Source: Candidatus Latescibacterota bacterium (lineage in GTDB: Bacteria; Latescibacterota; UBA2968). From it: a stretch of DNA of 64,000 nt. Of the stretch, positions 1 to 10,428 are shown one piece after another; positions within the stretch are counted from its first letter, which is position 1; each line of letters begins with the position of its first letter. The notes beneath the pieces were generated by a model. That model made no database searches and was not told the DNA's origin. It saw only the letters and a list, made by a program, of their open reading frames with translations. Where the stretch lies: NCBI GenBank assembly GCA_965205975.1, contig OZ242195.1:1792001-1856000 (forward strand), written 5' to 3'. The position numbers and the translations under genes were made by a program.

Positions 1-260
1 TGCAAAAGCGACTGAAGCACAAAAAGCACCAGCATGCCAAGCGCCAGCAAATCCAACTGGTGTCTATCCCCCTGCTCGAACACAGAATCCAAAAGCGACC
101 GCAAGCCCAGCGGAATCATCAGCCACACACCTGAGGAAAACGCGGTAAATACCAGCCCCAGGACGAGCCGCAACAAGTATGGCCGGGCAAAAGCAAAAAT
201 GCGCTTCCACGCCAGCCACAATGCCACGGGGGAATATGTCTGGCTATTTTTTTCAGTCAT
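1..260 (-). CDS. ABC exporter (MsbA-like) N-terminal transmembrane region; partial, runs off the window edge
   Basis: Manual translation from ATG at 260: MTEKNSQTYSPVALWLAWKRIFAFARPYLLRLVLGLVFTAFSSGVWLMIPLGLRSLLDSVFEQG..., an elbow helix plus TM1 pattern; overlaps the upstream stop codon. Confidence 0.7.
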   Translation of the reverse strand, partial: MTEKNSQTYSPVALWLAWKRIFAFARPYLLRLVLGLVFTAFSSGVWLMIPLGLRSLLDSVFEQGDRHQLDLLALGMLVLFVLQSLL

Positions 261-1956
261 TTATTTTCTGCCTCAAAACAGCGGTCTCCTCAACATTCAC
301 CTCGAGATCAGCCGTAATCGCCACGCCGTAAGCATCTCGCGCAGCTTCAATCGACAACCGCTCCTGTTTAACATCCTCCAGCACCCTTTGGGGATCGCGT
401 TCAAAAGGTGCCCCATAGCCTCCACCACCCGGAATACGCAATGTCACCGACTGACCGGGTTGGAGATCATAGCGCCCCTTTGGCGGCAAAACAGTGCCAT
501 CCGACAAAAAAAGTTCGCCGCACCTGCCATCGCGCCCCCCCAAAAAACCGCGCGGTGCATAGCGCGTGCGATCGTACATACACGAATGCAGCGCGGGATG
601 TTCGGAATCAACAGACAACACCATCTCCTGCCCCAGACCACCCCTAAAAGTACCCGCACCACCAGAATCGGGAATCAACCCGCGCCTGTGCATAATTACC
701 GGCGACACGGACTCAATCGCTTCGGCAGGCACGCCCTTAATCCCACTGGGAAAAGCCGTCGCCGAAATCCCATCATCGCCGGGACGCGCACCCATACCAC
801 CCGCGGAAAAAAAGATATACGCAAAGCGTTCACCCGTGCGCCCTATCCCCTCCAACTGCGTATTCCAAAGCCCAGCCGACCCATCGGCAATCACGCGATC
901 GGGAATCGCCTGAGAAAGTGCCCCAAACAGCGGTTGTGAAAGAAAATGCCCAACGAGGTGCCGCGCGCCCACAGCACATGGAAATTGCGCGTTTAAGATA
1001 CATCCCTCAGGTGCCGTAACTGTTATGGGACGAAAACTGCCTTCATTATTGGGAATATGCGGACTAATGGCGCATTTCAAAGGATAAGTCGTATAAGCAT
1101 GCGTATAATTGTACACCACATTGATCCCGCGATCCACCTGTGGCGATGTGCCCGTATAATCAACTACCAAACTGCGATCTTTAATAATAACTTTTGCGCG
1201 AATAACCAGCGGTCTATCGTACCCATCGAGTTTCACCTCATCCTCATAAACGCCATTTGCAATCTCCGAAATCGCCTCTCGGGTTGCCGATTCTGACCGA
1301 TCCAAAATCAGTGTCGATAACCCTTCGAGATCTGCGAGATCGTAATTTTCCAGTGCCTGAAGCAACTTGACAGCCCCCACATCATTCCCTGCCTGCTGCG
1401 CGTACAAATCGCCGACGACCTGATCTGGCTCGCGCACATTTGCCCGCACAATGGCGATCAAATCGCGATTGATCTCCCCTTCATCAAACAATTTCATAAT
1501 AGGGATATTCAGGCCCTCTTCATACACCTGACGCGCACCGGCTCCCAGCGTACGACCGCCAATATCCATTGCATGGCAGGTATTGGCAAACCACCCCACG
1601 CCCCTGTCCCGGTAAAAAACAGGCGTAACAACCGTAATATCGTGCAAATGCCCCGACCCCAGCCACGGATCATTGGTGAGCAAACTATCGCCGGACTTCA
1701 GCGTATCAATCGGATATGCTTTCACAAAATGCCGCACGCAATTCGCCATTGTATTGATATGCCCCGGCGTCCCCGTCACTGCTTGCGCCAGCATATTACC
1801 CGCGCGGTCAAACACCCCCGCAGACAAATCGCCAGCCTCGCGCACTACCGTTGTAAAAGAAGCATGCATCAGTGCTGCAGCCTGTTCATTCACAATAGAA
1901 ATGAGGCGATTCCAAAGCACTTCCAGCTCAACTGCATCGATCTCGCGCCCCGTCAT
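253..1956 (-). CDS. Hydantoinase B/5-oxoprolinase family protein
   Basis: ELEVLWNRLISIVNE, DLSAGVFD, NDPWLGSGHLHD, CHAMDIGG, GGAGTFRGGLG, PGGGGYG motifs. Confidence 0.92.
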   Translation of the reverse strand: MTGREIDAVELEVLWNRLISIVNEQAAALMHASFTTVVREAGDLSAGVFDRAGNMLAQAVTGTPGHINTMANCVRHFVKAYPIDTLKSGDSLLTNDPWLGSGHLHDITVVTPVFYRDRGVGWFANTCHAMDIGGRTLGAGARQVYEEGLNIPIMKLFDEGEINRDLIAIVRANVREPDQVVGDLYAQQAGNDVGAVKLLQALENYDLADLEGLSTLILDRSESATREAISEIANGVYEDEVKLDGYDRPLVIRAKVIIKDRSLVVDYTGTSPQVDRGINVVYNYTHAYTTYPLKCAISPHIPNNEGSFRPITVTAPEGCILNAQFPCAVGARHLVGHFLSQPLFGALSQAIPDRVIADGSAGLWNTQLEGIGRTGERFAYIFFSAGGMGARPGDDGISATAFPSGIKGVPAEAIESVSPVIMHRRGLIPDSGGAGTFRGGLGQEMVLSVDSEHPALHSCMYDRTRYAPRGFLGGRDGRCGELFLSDGTVLPPKGRYDLQPGQSVTLRIPGGGGYGAPFERDPQRVLEDVKQERLSIEAARDAYGVAITADLEVNVEETAVLRQKIND

Positions 1957-1977
1957 ACATCCTCCATATAAAAAATC

Positions 1978-2050
1978 ATCAACGAATCAACGAATCAACG
2001 AATCAACGAATCAACGAATCAACGAATCAACGAATCAACGAATCAACGAA
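1978..2050 (+). repeat. 8-bp tandem repeat (ATCAACGA) x~9
   Basis: Perfect array read directly between the hydantoinase A and B genes. Confidence 0.95.
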
Positions 2051-2099
2051 CCCCACCCATCCTCCCAAAACCGATATGTATTTCCATTCGTCCATTCGT

Positions 2100-4196
2100 C
2101 TATTCGTCTATTCGCACTTTTCCTACATCCTCCCTGATGAGAATCAGATTACCCGTATCATCGACATGCAACACCCATCCGGGCGGCAATACCGTCGTGG
2201 ATTCAACTTCCTCGACAATAGCGGGACCTTGCAAAACAGCCCCCTTTCCGAGCTTGTCTCGCCTGTAAACCGCGGTCTCGTATTTCCCTTTCGAAAAAAG
2301 AACGTCGCGCTGGCCCTCAACCTCCTGACCACCTATGTCCCCAACAGACGCAACATCGCAAATTTCCGGCTCTGGCCCCGAAACCGTCACGCGCCAGTGG
2401 ATGGCCTCAACGGGAACCCCATCGCACAGACGCCTGTATAATTTTTTATAAGACGCATCAAAAGCTGCTTGAAGCGCGTCATCGGAACTTTCAATCAACT
2501 CTCCCAAAGGCACGGGAACGCTTATCTCGTGCCCCTGCCCCACATATCGCATGTCAGCCGTGCGCACCACGCGAATCTCAGAATCATCGATCCCAGCCTC
2601 TCGCATGAGCGCGCGTCCCTCGTCTTCCATCTCGCCATAGAGCTTATTGACAACCTCGCGATCCAATGCGGCAATCCGCGACACAAAACTCCGCACATAA
2701 TCAAAAGCAATGGGCGCGAGCATCAAACCAAAAGCCGACCCAACACCCGCAGCCGGCGGCACAATTACCCGGTCAATCCCCAAACGCATCGCAACGCCGC
2801 ATGCGTGTACAGGCCCGGCTCCACCCGTTGCGACAAGCGCGTACCCATTCAAATCAATCCCGCGCTCAGCAGCGTGAACCCGCGCGGCATTGGCCATATT
2901 TTCATTCACCAAATCGTGAATTCCCTGTGCGGCACGCACGCGATCCAATCCGGTAAAACGCGCAAATTCATCAACCGCATCCGCAGCGCGCCCCGCACTT
3001 AGCTCCATCTGTCCCCCCAAAAAATACCCGGCATTCAAATAGCCCAACAAAAGATCGGCATCCGTCACCGTAGGCAACTGCCCCCCGCGCGCATAACAAG
3101 CAGGACCGGGATCTGCCCCCGCACTTTGCGGCCCAACCGTGGGCAAACCCAATTCACTCGCCTGCGCGATACTGCCCCCACCTGCTCCAATCTCGATCAT
3201 ATCGAGCACGGGCACAAGCAGGGGTAAGCCACTACCGCGCTTGAAGCGATAAACCCTTGCTACTTCTGATTCAGTCGTAATAGGAAACGCCCCATTTTCG
3301 CTCAAAATGGCCTTTGCCGTCGTGCCCCCCATATCAAATGCGAGAATCTGCCGATATCCCGACCGATTGCCATAATGCGCCGCGGCAAGCGCGCCGCCAC
3401 ATGGACCGGATTCTACGAGACGCACGGGAAAACGCACCGCGGTCTGCACAGAACACGACCCGCCGTTTGAAAGCATAATATGCAGCGGTGCCAAAATCCC
3501 CAGTGCCTTTAATCCATCTTCTAAACGCGCGAGATATTTTTCCACCATAGGCTGCACATAAGCATTTGCCACAGTCGTGGAAGTGCGCTCAAATTCTCGA
3601 AGTTCGGCGGCAACCCTGTGCGAAACCGAAATGCCTACATCGGGCATAAGAGAACGCACAATTTCCTCTGCACGACGCTCGTGGTCGGGATTGACATAAG
3701 CGTGTAAAAATACAATGGCGACTGCATCCACCTCGGCTTCGCGCAACACCTCGCAGGCTTTGACCACATCATCTTCGTTTAAAGGCGTCATCACCTCGCC
3801 ACGCGCGTACAGCCGCTCCCGCACCTCAACGCGCAACCGCCTCTCAACGAGAGGCTCGGGCAATTTCAAAAACAAATCGTATATATCGTAACGCCCCTCC
3901 CGCCCAATCTCCAGCGCATCTCGAAAACCCGCCGTCGCAATCAGCCCGGTCTTAGCCCCCCTGCGCTCAATCAGGGCGTTTGTCACCAGTGTCGTGCCGT
4001 GAACCGCCCGGGAAATCGCGCCGGGCGACACCCCATTGAGCACCTCTTTTACACCTTCCAGCACACTGACCGAAGGATCTGGAGACTGCGTCAACACCTT
4101 CGCCACAGACAAAATACCCGAAGTATGTGCTCTCAACACAACATCTGTAAACGTACCGCCGATATCTATTGCAAGTGTGTATGACTCCTCACTCAC
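2100..4196 (-). CDS. Hydantoinase A/oxoprolinase family protein (ATP-binding subunit)
   Basis: IDIGGTFTD, HGTTLVTNALIER, ESGP, FDMGGTT, GAGGGS, GPQSAGADPGPACY motifs. Confidence 0.93.
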   Translation of the reverse strand: MSEESYTLAIDIGGTFTDVVLRAHTSGILSVAKVLTQSPDPSVSVLEGVKEVLNGVSPGAISRAVHGTTLVTNALIERRGAKTGLIATAGFRDALEIGREGRYDIYDLFLKLPEPLVERRLRVEVRERLYARGEVMTPLNEDDVVKACEVLREAEVDAVAIVFLHAYVNPDHERRAEEIVRSLMPDVGISVSHRVAAELREFERTSTTVANAYVQPMVEKYLARLEDGLKALGILAPLHIMLSNGGSCSVQTAVRFPVRLVESGPCGGALAAAHYGNRSGYRQILAFDMGGTTAKAILSENGAFPITTESEVARVYRFKRGSGLPLLVPVLDMIEIGAGGGSIAQASELGLPTVGPQSAGADPGPACYARGGQLPTVTDADLLLGYLNAGYFLGGQMELSAGRAADAVDEFARFTGLDRVRAAQGIHDLVNENMANAARVHAAERGIDLNGYALVATGGAGPVHACGVAMRLGIDRVIVPPAAGVGSAFGLMLAPIAFDYVRSFVSRIAALDREVVNKLYGEMEDEGRALMREAGIDDSEIRVVRTADMRYVGQGHEISVPVPLGELIESSDDALQAAFDASYKKLYRRLCDGVPVEAIHWRVTVSGPEPEICDVASVGDIGGQEVEGQRDVLFSKGKYETAVYRRDKLGKGAVLQGPAIVEEVESTTVLPPGWVLHVDDTGNLILIREDVGKVRIDE

Positions 4197-4321
4197 CCTA
4201 ATCTCCTTGTGTATTTATTTTTTTTCATTTCAAAAATAAAGAACAGTTCCTTTACCAACAAAGGCAAAAATGACCTTGACAAGCCATGATCCTTTTTGTA
4301 ATTTTTGGTTCCTCATAATGA

Positions 4322-4398
4322 GCGGGAATAGCTCAGCTGGCTAGAGCATCTGCTTGCCATGCAGAAGGTCGCGGGTTCGAATCCCGTTTCCCGCTCCA
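4322..4398 (+). tRNA. tRNA-Gly (GCC)
   Basis: GCGGGAA/TTCCCGC acceptor stem, TCTGC-TTGCCAT-GCAGA anticodon arm, GGTTCGAATCC T-loop, encoded CCA; TTGACA upstream at 4276. Confidence 0.97.
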
Positions 4399-4405
4399 TT
4401 AACTC

Positions 4406-4432
4406 AACCCGTTAAATTAACGGGTTTTTTTT
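4406..4432 (+). terminator. Intrinsic terminator after tRNA-Gly
   Basis: AACCCGTT/AACGGGTT stem followed by a T run. Confidence 0.75.
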
Positions 4433-4446
4433 GTGGAGCAAACCGC

Positions 4447-5586
4447 TTGTCGTCAGCCTTTGCCCGAGAAATAGCCAACCTGCGCCTGCCTGTGCTTGCC
4501 CTTTGGGCACCTGGACCGCACATGCTCACCCCGGCGGTCCGCAGGGTTTTGCAAACATATCAGGCGACCTATTCTCACCGATCCACTGCATTTCAAGCCC
4601 GCTACCAAAAAACCGTGGATTTGCTGCGCGAGGTCTTTCAAATTCCGCGCGGATTTACCCCGCTCATCTTCGGCCACACCGGCAGCTACAACTGGGAAAT
4701 GGTCGTCACCAACACGCCTTGCAATAGTGCAACATTGGGCATGGACATCGGTGCTTTTTCAAAAAAATGGGCACAGGTTTTCACAAGTCACGGACGCGAC
4801 ATCGACATCTTAAAAGCAGCCTGGGGCGACGGCATCTGCGCTCGGACCTGGTCCAACGCCATTGCAAAAAACTACGACCTCACCCTTTTGACCCACAACG
4901 AAACATCTACCGGTGTTATGCTGCCCATTCAGGAAATGTGTGACACCATCCGCAACACATCTCCCAAAACCCTGATTGCCATCGACGCAGTCAGCATAGC
5001 AGGGGCATCAGATACACCAATTGAGGCCCTGCGCCCCGACTACTATCTCTGGAGCCTGCAAAAAGACTTCGCGTGTCCCACCATCGGCTCTGTCATGATT
5101 GTATCAGACCGCGCGTTTGACATCGCAGCCAACACGCCAAACCGCGGTTATGTCCTCGACTTAATCGAATGGCGAACGCGCGCAAAAACAGCCCAAACCC
5201 CGATGACCGTAGCCGACCTGACCTTACAATGCCTGAGTGCGCGTCTCGAAGAAATGAAACGAGAAGGCGACCAGCGCTTCAAACGCCACCAGAGCCTCGT
5301 CCGCATGCAACGCGAATGGGCAAAAAAACACGACCTGAATCTCATCGCCAAACCGGGATACGAGAGCCTGACCGTAAATGCCATCCTCTTACCAGACCAC
5401 ATCTCGGGTTCCGATTTCGTCGATCACGCAAAAAAATTGCTCAATGTTCAACTCGCCCCGGGCTATGGCGATACCAAAGACAAAGCTTTTCGCATTGCAG
5501 CTATGGGCCACACGTCAGAACGCGATATGCGGCGCGTACTCAAGGGCCTCTCGCTCATCCTCAACAACTGGTCAAAATTCGAGTAA
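4447..5586 (+). CDS. Class V PLP-dependent aminotransferase (alanine-glyoxylate/serine-pyruvate type)
   Basis: PGP, THNETSTGV, DAVS, SLQK (PLP lysine), FRIAAMG; start moved to TTG 4447 behind GGAG because the longer ORF overlaps the tRNA. Confidence 0.88.
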   Translation: MSSAFAREIANLRLPVLALWAPGPHMLTPAVRRVLQTYQATYSHRSTAFQARYQKTVDLLREVFQIPRGFTPLIFGHTGSYNWEMVVTNTPCNSATLGMDIGAFSKKWAQVFTSHGRDIDILKAAWGDGICARTWSNAIAKNYDLTLLTHNETSTGVMLPIQEMCDTIRNTSPKTLIAIDAVSIAGASDTPIEALRPDYYLWSLQKDFACPTIGSVMIVSDRAFDIAANTPNRGYVLDLIEWRTRAKTAQTPMTVADLTLQCLSARLEEMKREGDQRFKRHQSLVRMQREWAKKHDLNLIAKPGYESLTVNAILLPDHISGSDFVDHAKKLLNVQLAPGYGDTKDKAFRIAAMGHTSERDMRRVLKGLSLILNNWSKFE

Positions 5587-5590
5587 TCCT

Positions 5591-6415
5591 ATGCAAACCC
5601 CCACCTCAATGATCTGTCCAGGCTGTGGGACCCTCATCAATACCGATGAGAAACGATGTCCCCATTGCGGCGCTTATAATCCCAATCTCTGGGGTCTCGG
5701 TCCCGCGCTGAACCGACTTTTTGGCGGTCGCATCGATGTCCTCACCCTGATACCCACCGCGTGTATTGCCCTTTACGCAGTCAGTCTATTGCTCGACCTC
5801 GGCGCCGCGCTGTCTATGGGTGGTGGGCTTTTTGGCATGCTAAGCCCCGGTAATATCCCGCTAATCGTTCTCGGTATGACCCACGGCGAAGCACCCTGGT
5901 GGACAGTACTCACCGCGACATATCTCCACGGCAGCCTCCTCCACATCCTGTTCAACGTCTTGTGGATCCGGCAACTCGGTCCCGAGGTCGGGCAGTTCTT
6001 TGGACCCGCGCGCTATTTTATCATCTACACCGTCGCAGGGGCTATCGGCTTTATCCTCTCCAATCTGATCTCAGGCTACCCAACCGTCGGTGCTTCAGGG
6101 GCTATTTTTGGACTTTTTGCCGCCATCATTGTATATGGCCGCAACCACAAAACGCAGATGATGTCACTCATGACGCGACAGATGTGGCAATGGGCCATCA
6201 TGCTATTCGTCCTGGGCTTTCTCATGAGCGGCGTCAACAACTGGGCGCACCTGGGCGGTTTTATCGGCGGCTGGATCGCAGCACAAATCCTCGTCTCAAG
6301 TGCAGAATACCGCGAAGGACGCATCACCATTCTCATAGCCCTGCTCTGTCTTTTGCTCACTGTCCTCGGCTTTGTCCTCTCAATCTTAGAATACTTCCCA
6401 CTCCTCTTGTCCTGA
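5591..6415 (+). CDS. Rhomboid intramembrane serine protease with N-terminal zinc ribbon
   Basis: CPGC...CPHC; HGSLLHILFN, GASG catalytic Ser, AHLGG catalytic His. Confidence 0.92.
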   Translation: MQTPTSMICPGCGTLINTDEKRCPHCGAYNPNLWGLGPALNRLFGGRIDVLTLIPTACIALYAVSLLLDLGAALSMGGGLFGMLSPGNIPLIVLGMTHGEAPWWTVLTATYLHGSLLHILFNVLWIRQLGPEVGQFFGPARYFIIYTVAGAIGFILSNLISGYPTVGASGAIFGLFAAIIVYGRNHKTQMMSLMTRQMWQWAIMLFVLGFLMSGVNNWAHLGGFIGGWIAAQILVSSAEYREGRITILIALLCLLLTVLGFVLSILEYFPLLLS

Positions 6416-6422
6416 CACAGGC

Positions 6423-8030
6423 CTATCCCCCCAATCGTACATCCACAGGCTCAGGGATCCAAGAAGCAGTAATACCCAGATCACTGTGAATAACCTGTGC
6501 TGCATTATACCCCGGCAACCCAGTCACATTACCGCCGGGATGGCAGCACGCCCCGCAAAGATACAGCCCCTCAAAACATCCCCGATAATGCCCTGCACCG
6601 GGAAAGGGGCGGTTATACCCCGTCTGCCCATTTGTAAACGCACCCACGAGCAAATCCCCCTCCCGCATATTGGGCAATGCGCGTTCAACATCCAGAGGAC
6701 TGCGAACAAAAGAATCGATCACACAATCCTTCAAATTGGGCGCGTATTCAGACCACATATCCAGCATATCGCGACCAACCGCATCCCGCTGGCGATCCCA
6801 GTTTGCAGAATCACCATACAGGTGAAATGGCAACTTCTGCCACATAAACGCCGTGTGTTTTCCCAAAGGAGCCTGTGTGGCGTCAAAATGCGTTGGACAC
6901 GCGCCCCACATCACAGTCGGCGGAATCGTCCCCTTCTCGTGATGGGCAACAATATCCACATATTGATCCGCGTGTTCCAGCCCCAGAATAACCATCAGCG
7001 CATCCGCCACTTCCGGATGTTTTTCCAAAGCCCGATAACGCGGCGATTCATTCAAATTCAAATGGAGCGCGAACAGCGGAGCCAGCTCATTGTACTGAAA
7101 TTTTTCGACCCGGTTTTGCCAGGTTTTGGGCAACGCCTCGCGGTCAATCAAATCGAGAAAGGTCTGATGGGGATTCAGACTGGACACAACCACAGGTGCT
7201 TTGATATACTTGCCATCCACCGTTTCAACACCTCTAACACAATTATCCTCCACCACAATGCGCCCGGGTTCGGTTTGCAACCAGATCTCCCCACCCATAT
7301 CAGAAATAGCAGCAATTAGTGCGCGCGCCAGCCCGGCTGCCCCGCCCACACACATCTGCGCTTTCCCCTTGCTCGCCAGCAAAGCCGGTATATGGTGTCC
7401 AAACCCCGTGGCGCGCAAATCCACTTCGCGCAGCCCATTGAAAAACAACAACCCGGCTCGAATAACCGGGTGTTCAAATTCCCGATTCACAAACTCGTGC
7501 GGAGAAAGCGTACTGACATCGAGCAACATCTTCCCCTCTCGAGTCTGCGACAGAATCTCTTGCCTCTGTTCTTGCGGCAAAGGTGGCGCCTGCGCCTCTA
7601 CAGACAGAATATTTCGTACAACAGGATCAAACGCATCGCGCCATCGCCGAAGTGTCTGTGCATCCCTCTTGCTAAACCGCGCAAAACTATCTTCCGTGCG
7701 TTCAAAATCTGTGTACCATTTCAGCACATCGCCATTTCGCAGCACAAGCGCCACATTCAGTTCGGGTTCAATATAGCGCGCGCCATACCGTTCCAGATGC
7801 AAATCGCCAAACCACGGCATTTGCGTGATAGCGCGATGAAAAAAAGAATGCGTATTGTGCAAAAAACCCGGATAACGGGGGTCTTCAACAGTCGCCAGCC
7901 CGCCTCCGGGTTTATCCGATCGCTCCAGACAAATCACATTGAGTCCTGCGCGACACAAATACGCCTGCAAAATGAGGCCATTGTGCCCGGCACCCAGCAC
8001 AATCGCATCAGTCGTTATATCCTCTCCCAT
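6423..8030 (-). CDS. Phytoene desaturase-like FAD-dependent oxidoreductase
   Basis: GAGHNGL dinucleotide motif, ERSDKPGG, C-terminal GLYLCGACCHPGGNVTG. Confidence 0.88.
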   Translation of the reverse strand: MGEDITTDAIVLGAGHNGLILQAYLCRAGLNVICLERSDKPGGGLATVEDPRYPGFLHNTHSFFHRAITQMPWFGDLHLERYGARYIEPELNVALVLRNGDVLKWYTDFERTEDSFARFSKRDAQTLRRWRDAFDPVVRNILSVEAQAPPLPQEQRQEILSQTREGKMLLDVSTLSPHEFVNREFEHPVIRAGLLFFNGLREVDLRATGFGHHIPALLASKGKAQMCVGGAAGLARALIAAISDMGGEIWLQTEPGRIVVEDNCVRGVETVDGKYIKAPVVVSSLNPHQTFLDLIDREALPKTWQNRVEKFQYNELAPLFALHLNLNESPRYRALEKHPEVADALMVILGLEHADQYVDIVAHHEKGTIPPTVMWGACPTHFDATQAPLGKHTAFMWQKLPFHLYGDSANWDRQRDAVGRDMLDMWSEYAPNLKDCVIDSFVRSPLDVERALPNMREGDLLVGAFTNGQTGYNRPFPGAGHYRGCFEGLYLCGACCHPGGNVTGLPGYNAAQVIHSDLGITASWIPEPVDVRLGG

Positions 8031-8033
8031 ATC

Positions 8034-8852
8034 TCACCAGTAGCGTTCTATATGTATCTGCCCGGGATCTCTCCGCTTGTGCTCCTTAAAGCCCTCTGAA
8101 ATCAAAATTTCTGTCACATCATCGCACATATAGGGATTACCACATACAAACACATGCGTATCTTCCGGTGTGGGATGCCCACCCCAAACCTCATCGAGCG
8201 GGCCATCTGTCCACAAATTCTGCACATAGCCCGTATATCCGCTCCACGCCACATGCTCATTTGCCGGACGGCTAATCTGGGGGATATAAATAAAATTAGC
8301 GCATAAATCTTGCATCATCTCCAACTCTGACCGATATCCCAAATCCCAAGAATGTCGCGCCCCGTGCAACACCACAAATCGCCGCTCTGTGTTTTCCTTC
8401 AAATAAGTCCGCAGCATACTCATATAAGGCGCCAATCCCGTGCCCGTCGCCACCATCACGACATTTTTATTTGGCGGAACATCTTGCAGCGTAAACATAC
8501 CCGTTATTTTTGGTCCCAACCAGAGGCGGTCGCCAATTTCGAGCGCGAATAATCTGGGCGTCAACGCCCCCGACCTCACCAGGGTAATATAAAACTCGAG
8601 GTACTCTGTTGCCACCGAAGAAGATGCAATAGAATACGCCCGCCGGATCAAACCTCTCTGTGGCTTCTCATAATCTTCGACAGGATCTGAATACTCGGTG
8701 CGGGATGCCTCGGGAGGCAATCCGATCACGCCAAATTGCCCAGCCTCAAAAGCTGGCAATTCCCATCCGTCGGGCACAACGCGAAGAATAATCAAATCGG
8801 GGGTCACTTCGAGGCGCTGTGTCACAACGGCATTGAGTTCATCCTTCGGCAA
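8034..8852 (-). CDS. fpr: Ferredoxin/flavodoxin-NADP+ reductase
   Basis: RRAYSIAS, GALTPRL, ATGTGLAPY, VCGNPYM, terminal ERYW. Confidence 0.88.
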   Translation of the reverse strand: MPKDELNAVVTQRLEVTPDLIILRVVPDGWELPAFEAGQFGVIGLPPEASRTEYSDPVEDYEKPQRGLIRRAYSIASSSVATEYLEFYITLVRSGALTPRLFALEIGDRLWLGPKITGMFTLQDVPPNKNVVMVATGTGLAPYMSMLRTYLKENTERRFVVLHGARHSWDLGYRSELEMMQDLCANFIYIPQISRPANEHVAWSGYTGYVQNLWTDGPLDEVWGGHPTPEDTHVFVCGNPYMCDDVTEILISEGFKEHKRRDPGQIHIERYW

Positions 8853-8862
8853 ACCACCCTCC

Positions 8863-9909
8863 TTAAGCTAAGTTTATACCAACTGCCTGTCCTGTTTCGC
8901 AAATCTGTCGCCAGGTCTCGTCATCTATATCTACACCACGCGCTTCTTTCTCACGCCGCATGCGCGCTTCCATCTCGCCTGGCATCAAAATTTCATCAAA
9001 CCCGGGCGCGAGCCGGGCACTCTTCAAAAATTGCACAAAGGATTGCATCTCATCGCGAAATTGATCTCGCCCGACAAAAGCCCCAATATCCAGCGCCATA
9101 ATAAACACCCCATTGCCACCGGAAAGCCCGCCCTCGCGGCTACAACCACCGCCACCGAGTGCGCCAGACAAAACATCAACCACCACGGAAAGCGCGTAGC
9201 CCTTATGCGCGGAAAGCCCGCCAAAAGGCAAAATAGCCCCTCTGGGTGGACCGTAGAACTTTGCCGGATCCGTCGTCGAATCACCTTCTGCATCAATAAC
9301 CCATCCTTCGGGCAGCGATTCCCCCAAATTGCGCTTCACCCGGATTTTCCCTTCCGCAACAACACTCGTGGTCAAATCCACGACAATCGGAAAATCGCCC
9401 CCCGTGGGAATACCCACGGCAATGGGATTGGGCGACATGCGCGCGTCAATGCCGCCAAACGGATGCTGAAGCAATCCCCCGCCGTGATTATTGCACATCA
9501 CAATGCCAATCATCTCGGCCTCGGCAGCGACCTCCACATATTCACCCAAACGCCCAATATGCCCGCTATTGAAAAGCTCGACCACCGCAACCGACCGCTG
9601 TTTTGCCTTCTCCATAGCCAGCGCCATAGCCTGATGGCAAACGGTTTGCCCAAACCCCCAACCACCATCGACAACCGCCGAAGCATCGGCCTCGCGCACA
9701 ACCGCGATCTCCTGCCCGGCCTGCACGCGCCCTTCCTCAAGTGCTTGAACGTACTGCACAAGCCGAATCACACCGTGAGAATCGTGTCCCATCAAATTGG
9801 ACAACACCAGCGAATGCGCAATCTGACGCGCTTCTTTCGCGTCCAGACCCGCGCCTTCAAACACCTGTGTACAGGCCCCTTTGAGCCTCTCAACATCCAA
9901 AACAGGCAT
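8863..9909 (-). CDS. Type 2 malate/L-lactate dehydrogenase family oxidoreductase (Ldh_2)
   Basis: GHDSHG, HIGRLG, NPIA, HKGYAL, MPGEME; ATG 9909 follows GAGGAGG. Confidence 0.9.
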   Translation of the reverse strand: MPVLDVERLKGACTQVFEGAGLDAKEARQIAHSLVLSNLMGHDSHGVIRLVQYVQALEEGRVQAGQEIAVVREADASAVVDGGWGFGQTVCHQAMALAMEKAKQRSVAVVELFNSGHIGRLGEYVEVAAEAEMIGIVMCNNHGGGLLQHPFGGIDARMSPNPIAVGIPTGGDFPIVVDLTTSVVAEGKIRVKRNLGESLPEGWVIDAEGDSTTDPAKFYGPPRGAILPFGGLSAHKGYALSVVVDVLSGALGGGGCSREGGLSGGNGVFIMALDIGAFVGRDQFRDEMQSFVQFLKSARLAPGFDEILMPGEMEARMRREKEARGVDIDDETWRQICETGQAVGINLA

Positions 9910-9997
9910 ACGACACCCTCCTCGCCAGATCAGAATCGGGCCTAAATCTACCATTAACGGGCATAATGGTCAATAATTGAGTCTAACTACTCACCCC

Positions 9998-10384
9998 TCA
10001 AAGCATCTTTTCTTTGCGATGCACCAGTTGCACGCAAACGCCCCAGGGATCGCGCAACATCGCCAGCGTATCCCCTGCATCCGTGGGTTCGGGTTCCTGC
10101 ACAACTGTTGCACCCGCGGCTTTCAAACGCGCAAAATCGGCCTCAATATCCTCCGTCGCATAAGCAAAATGCAGTGCCAGATGGTGCATCGAAGCATAAT
10201 CTGGCGTCTCCACCTCTGGCTGATGATAAAGCTCGTACATCGTCTCCCCCTCCGAATCCGCCACAAACGTCATCTTGATAGGTGGCGGTCCCTGGCGCAC
10301 AACGCGCATACCCAGATTATCGCAATACCACTTTGCAACCACATCGGGATCATCAACCACAAAAGCAATGTGTTCAACCTTCAT
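9998..10384 (-). CDS. VOC/glyoxalase family protein
   Basis: EHIAFVV, HFAY, RDPWG motifs. Confidence 0.85.
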   Translation of the reverse strand: MKVEHIAFVVDDPDVVAKWYCDNLGMRVVRQGPPPIKMTFVADSEGETMYELYHQPEVETPDYASMHHLALHFAYATEDIEADFARLKAAGATVVQEPEPTDAGDTLAMLRDPWGVCVQLVHRKEKML

Positions 10385-10428
10385 CTCTTTCTCCTTATTA
10401 AAATGATGGGCAGATAACCGGGTCTGCC

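Noticed and set aside
34..939. Long antisense ORFs such as 34-939, 9031-9945, 10678-11610 and 20508-21641
   Set aside because: They lie opposite well-supported genes and show no recognisable motifs
4354..4446. N-terminal extension of the aminotransferase ORF
   Set aside because: Overlaps tRNA-Gly and its terminator; the TTG at 4447 has an RBS
6423..8030. Carotenoid biosynthesis gene crtI
   Set aside because: No phytoene synthase or cyclase nearby; only family-level similarity is supportable
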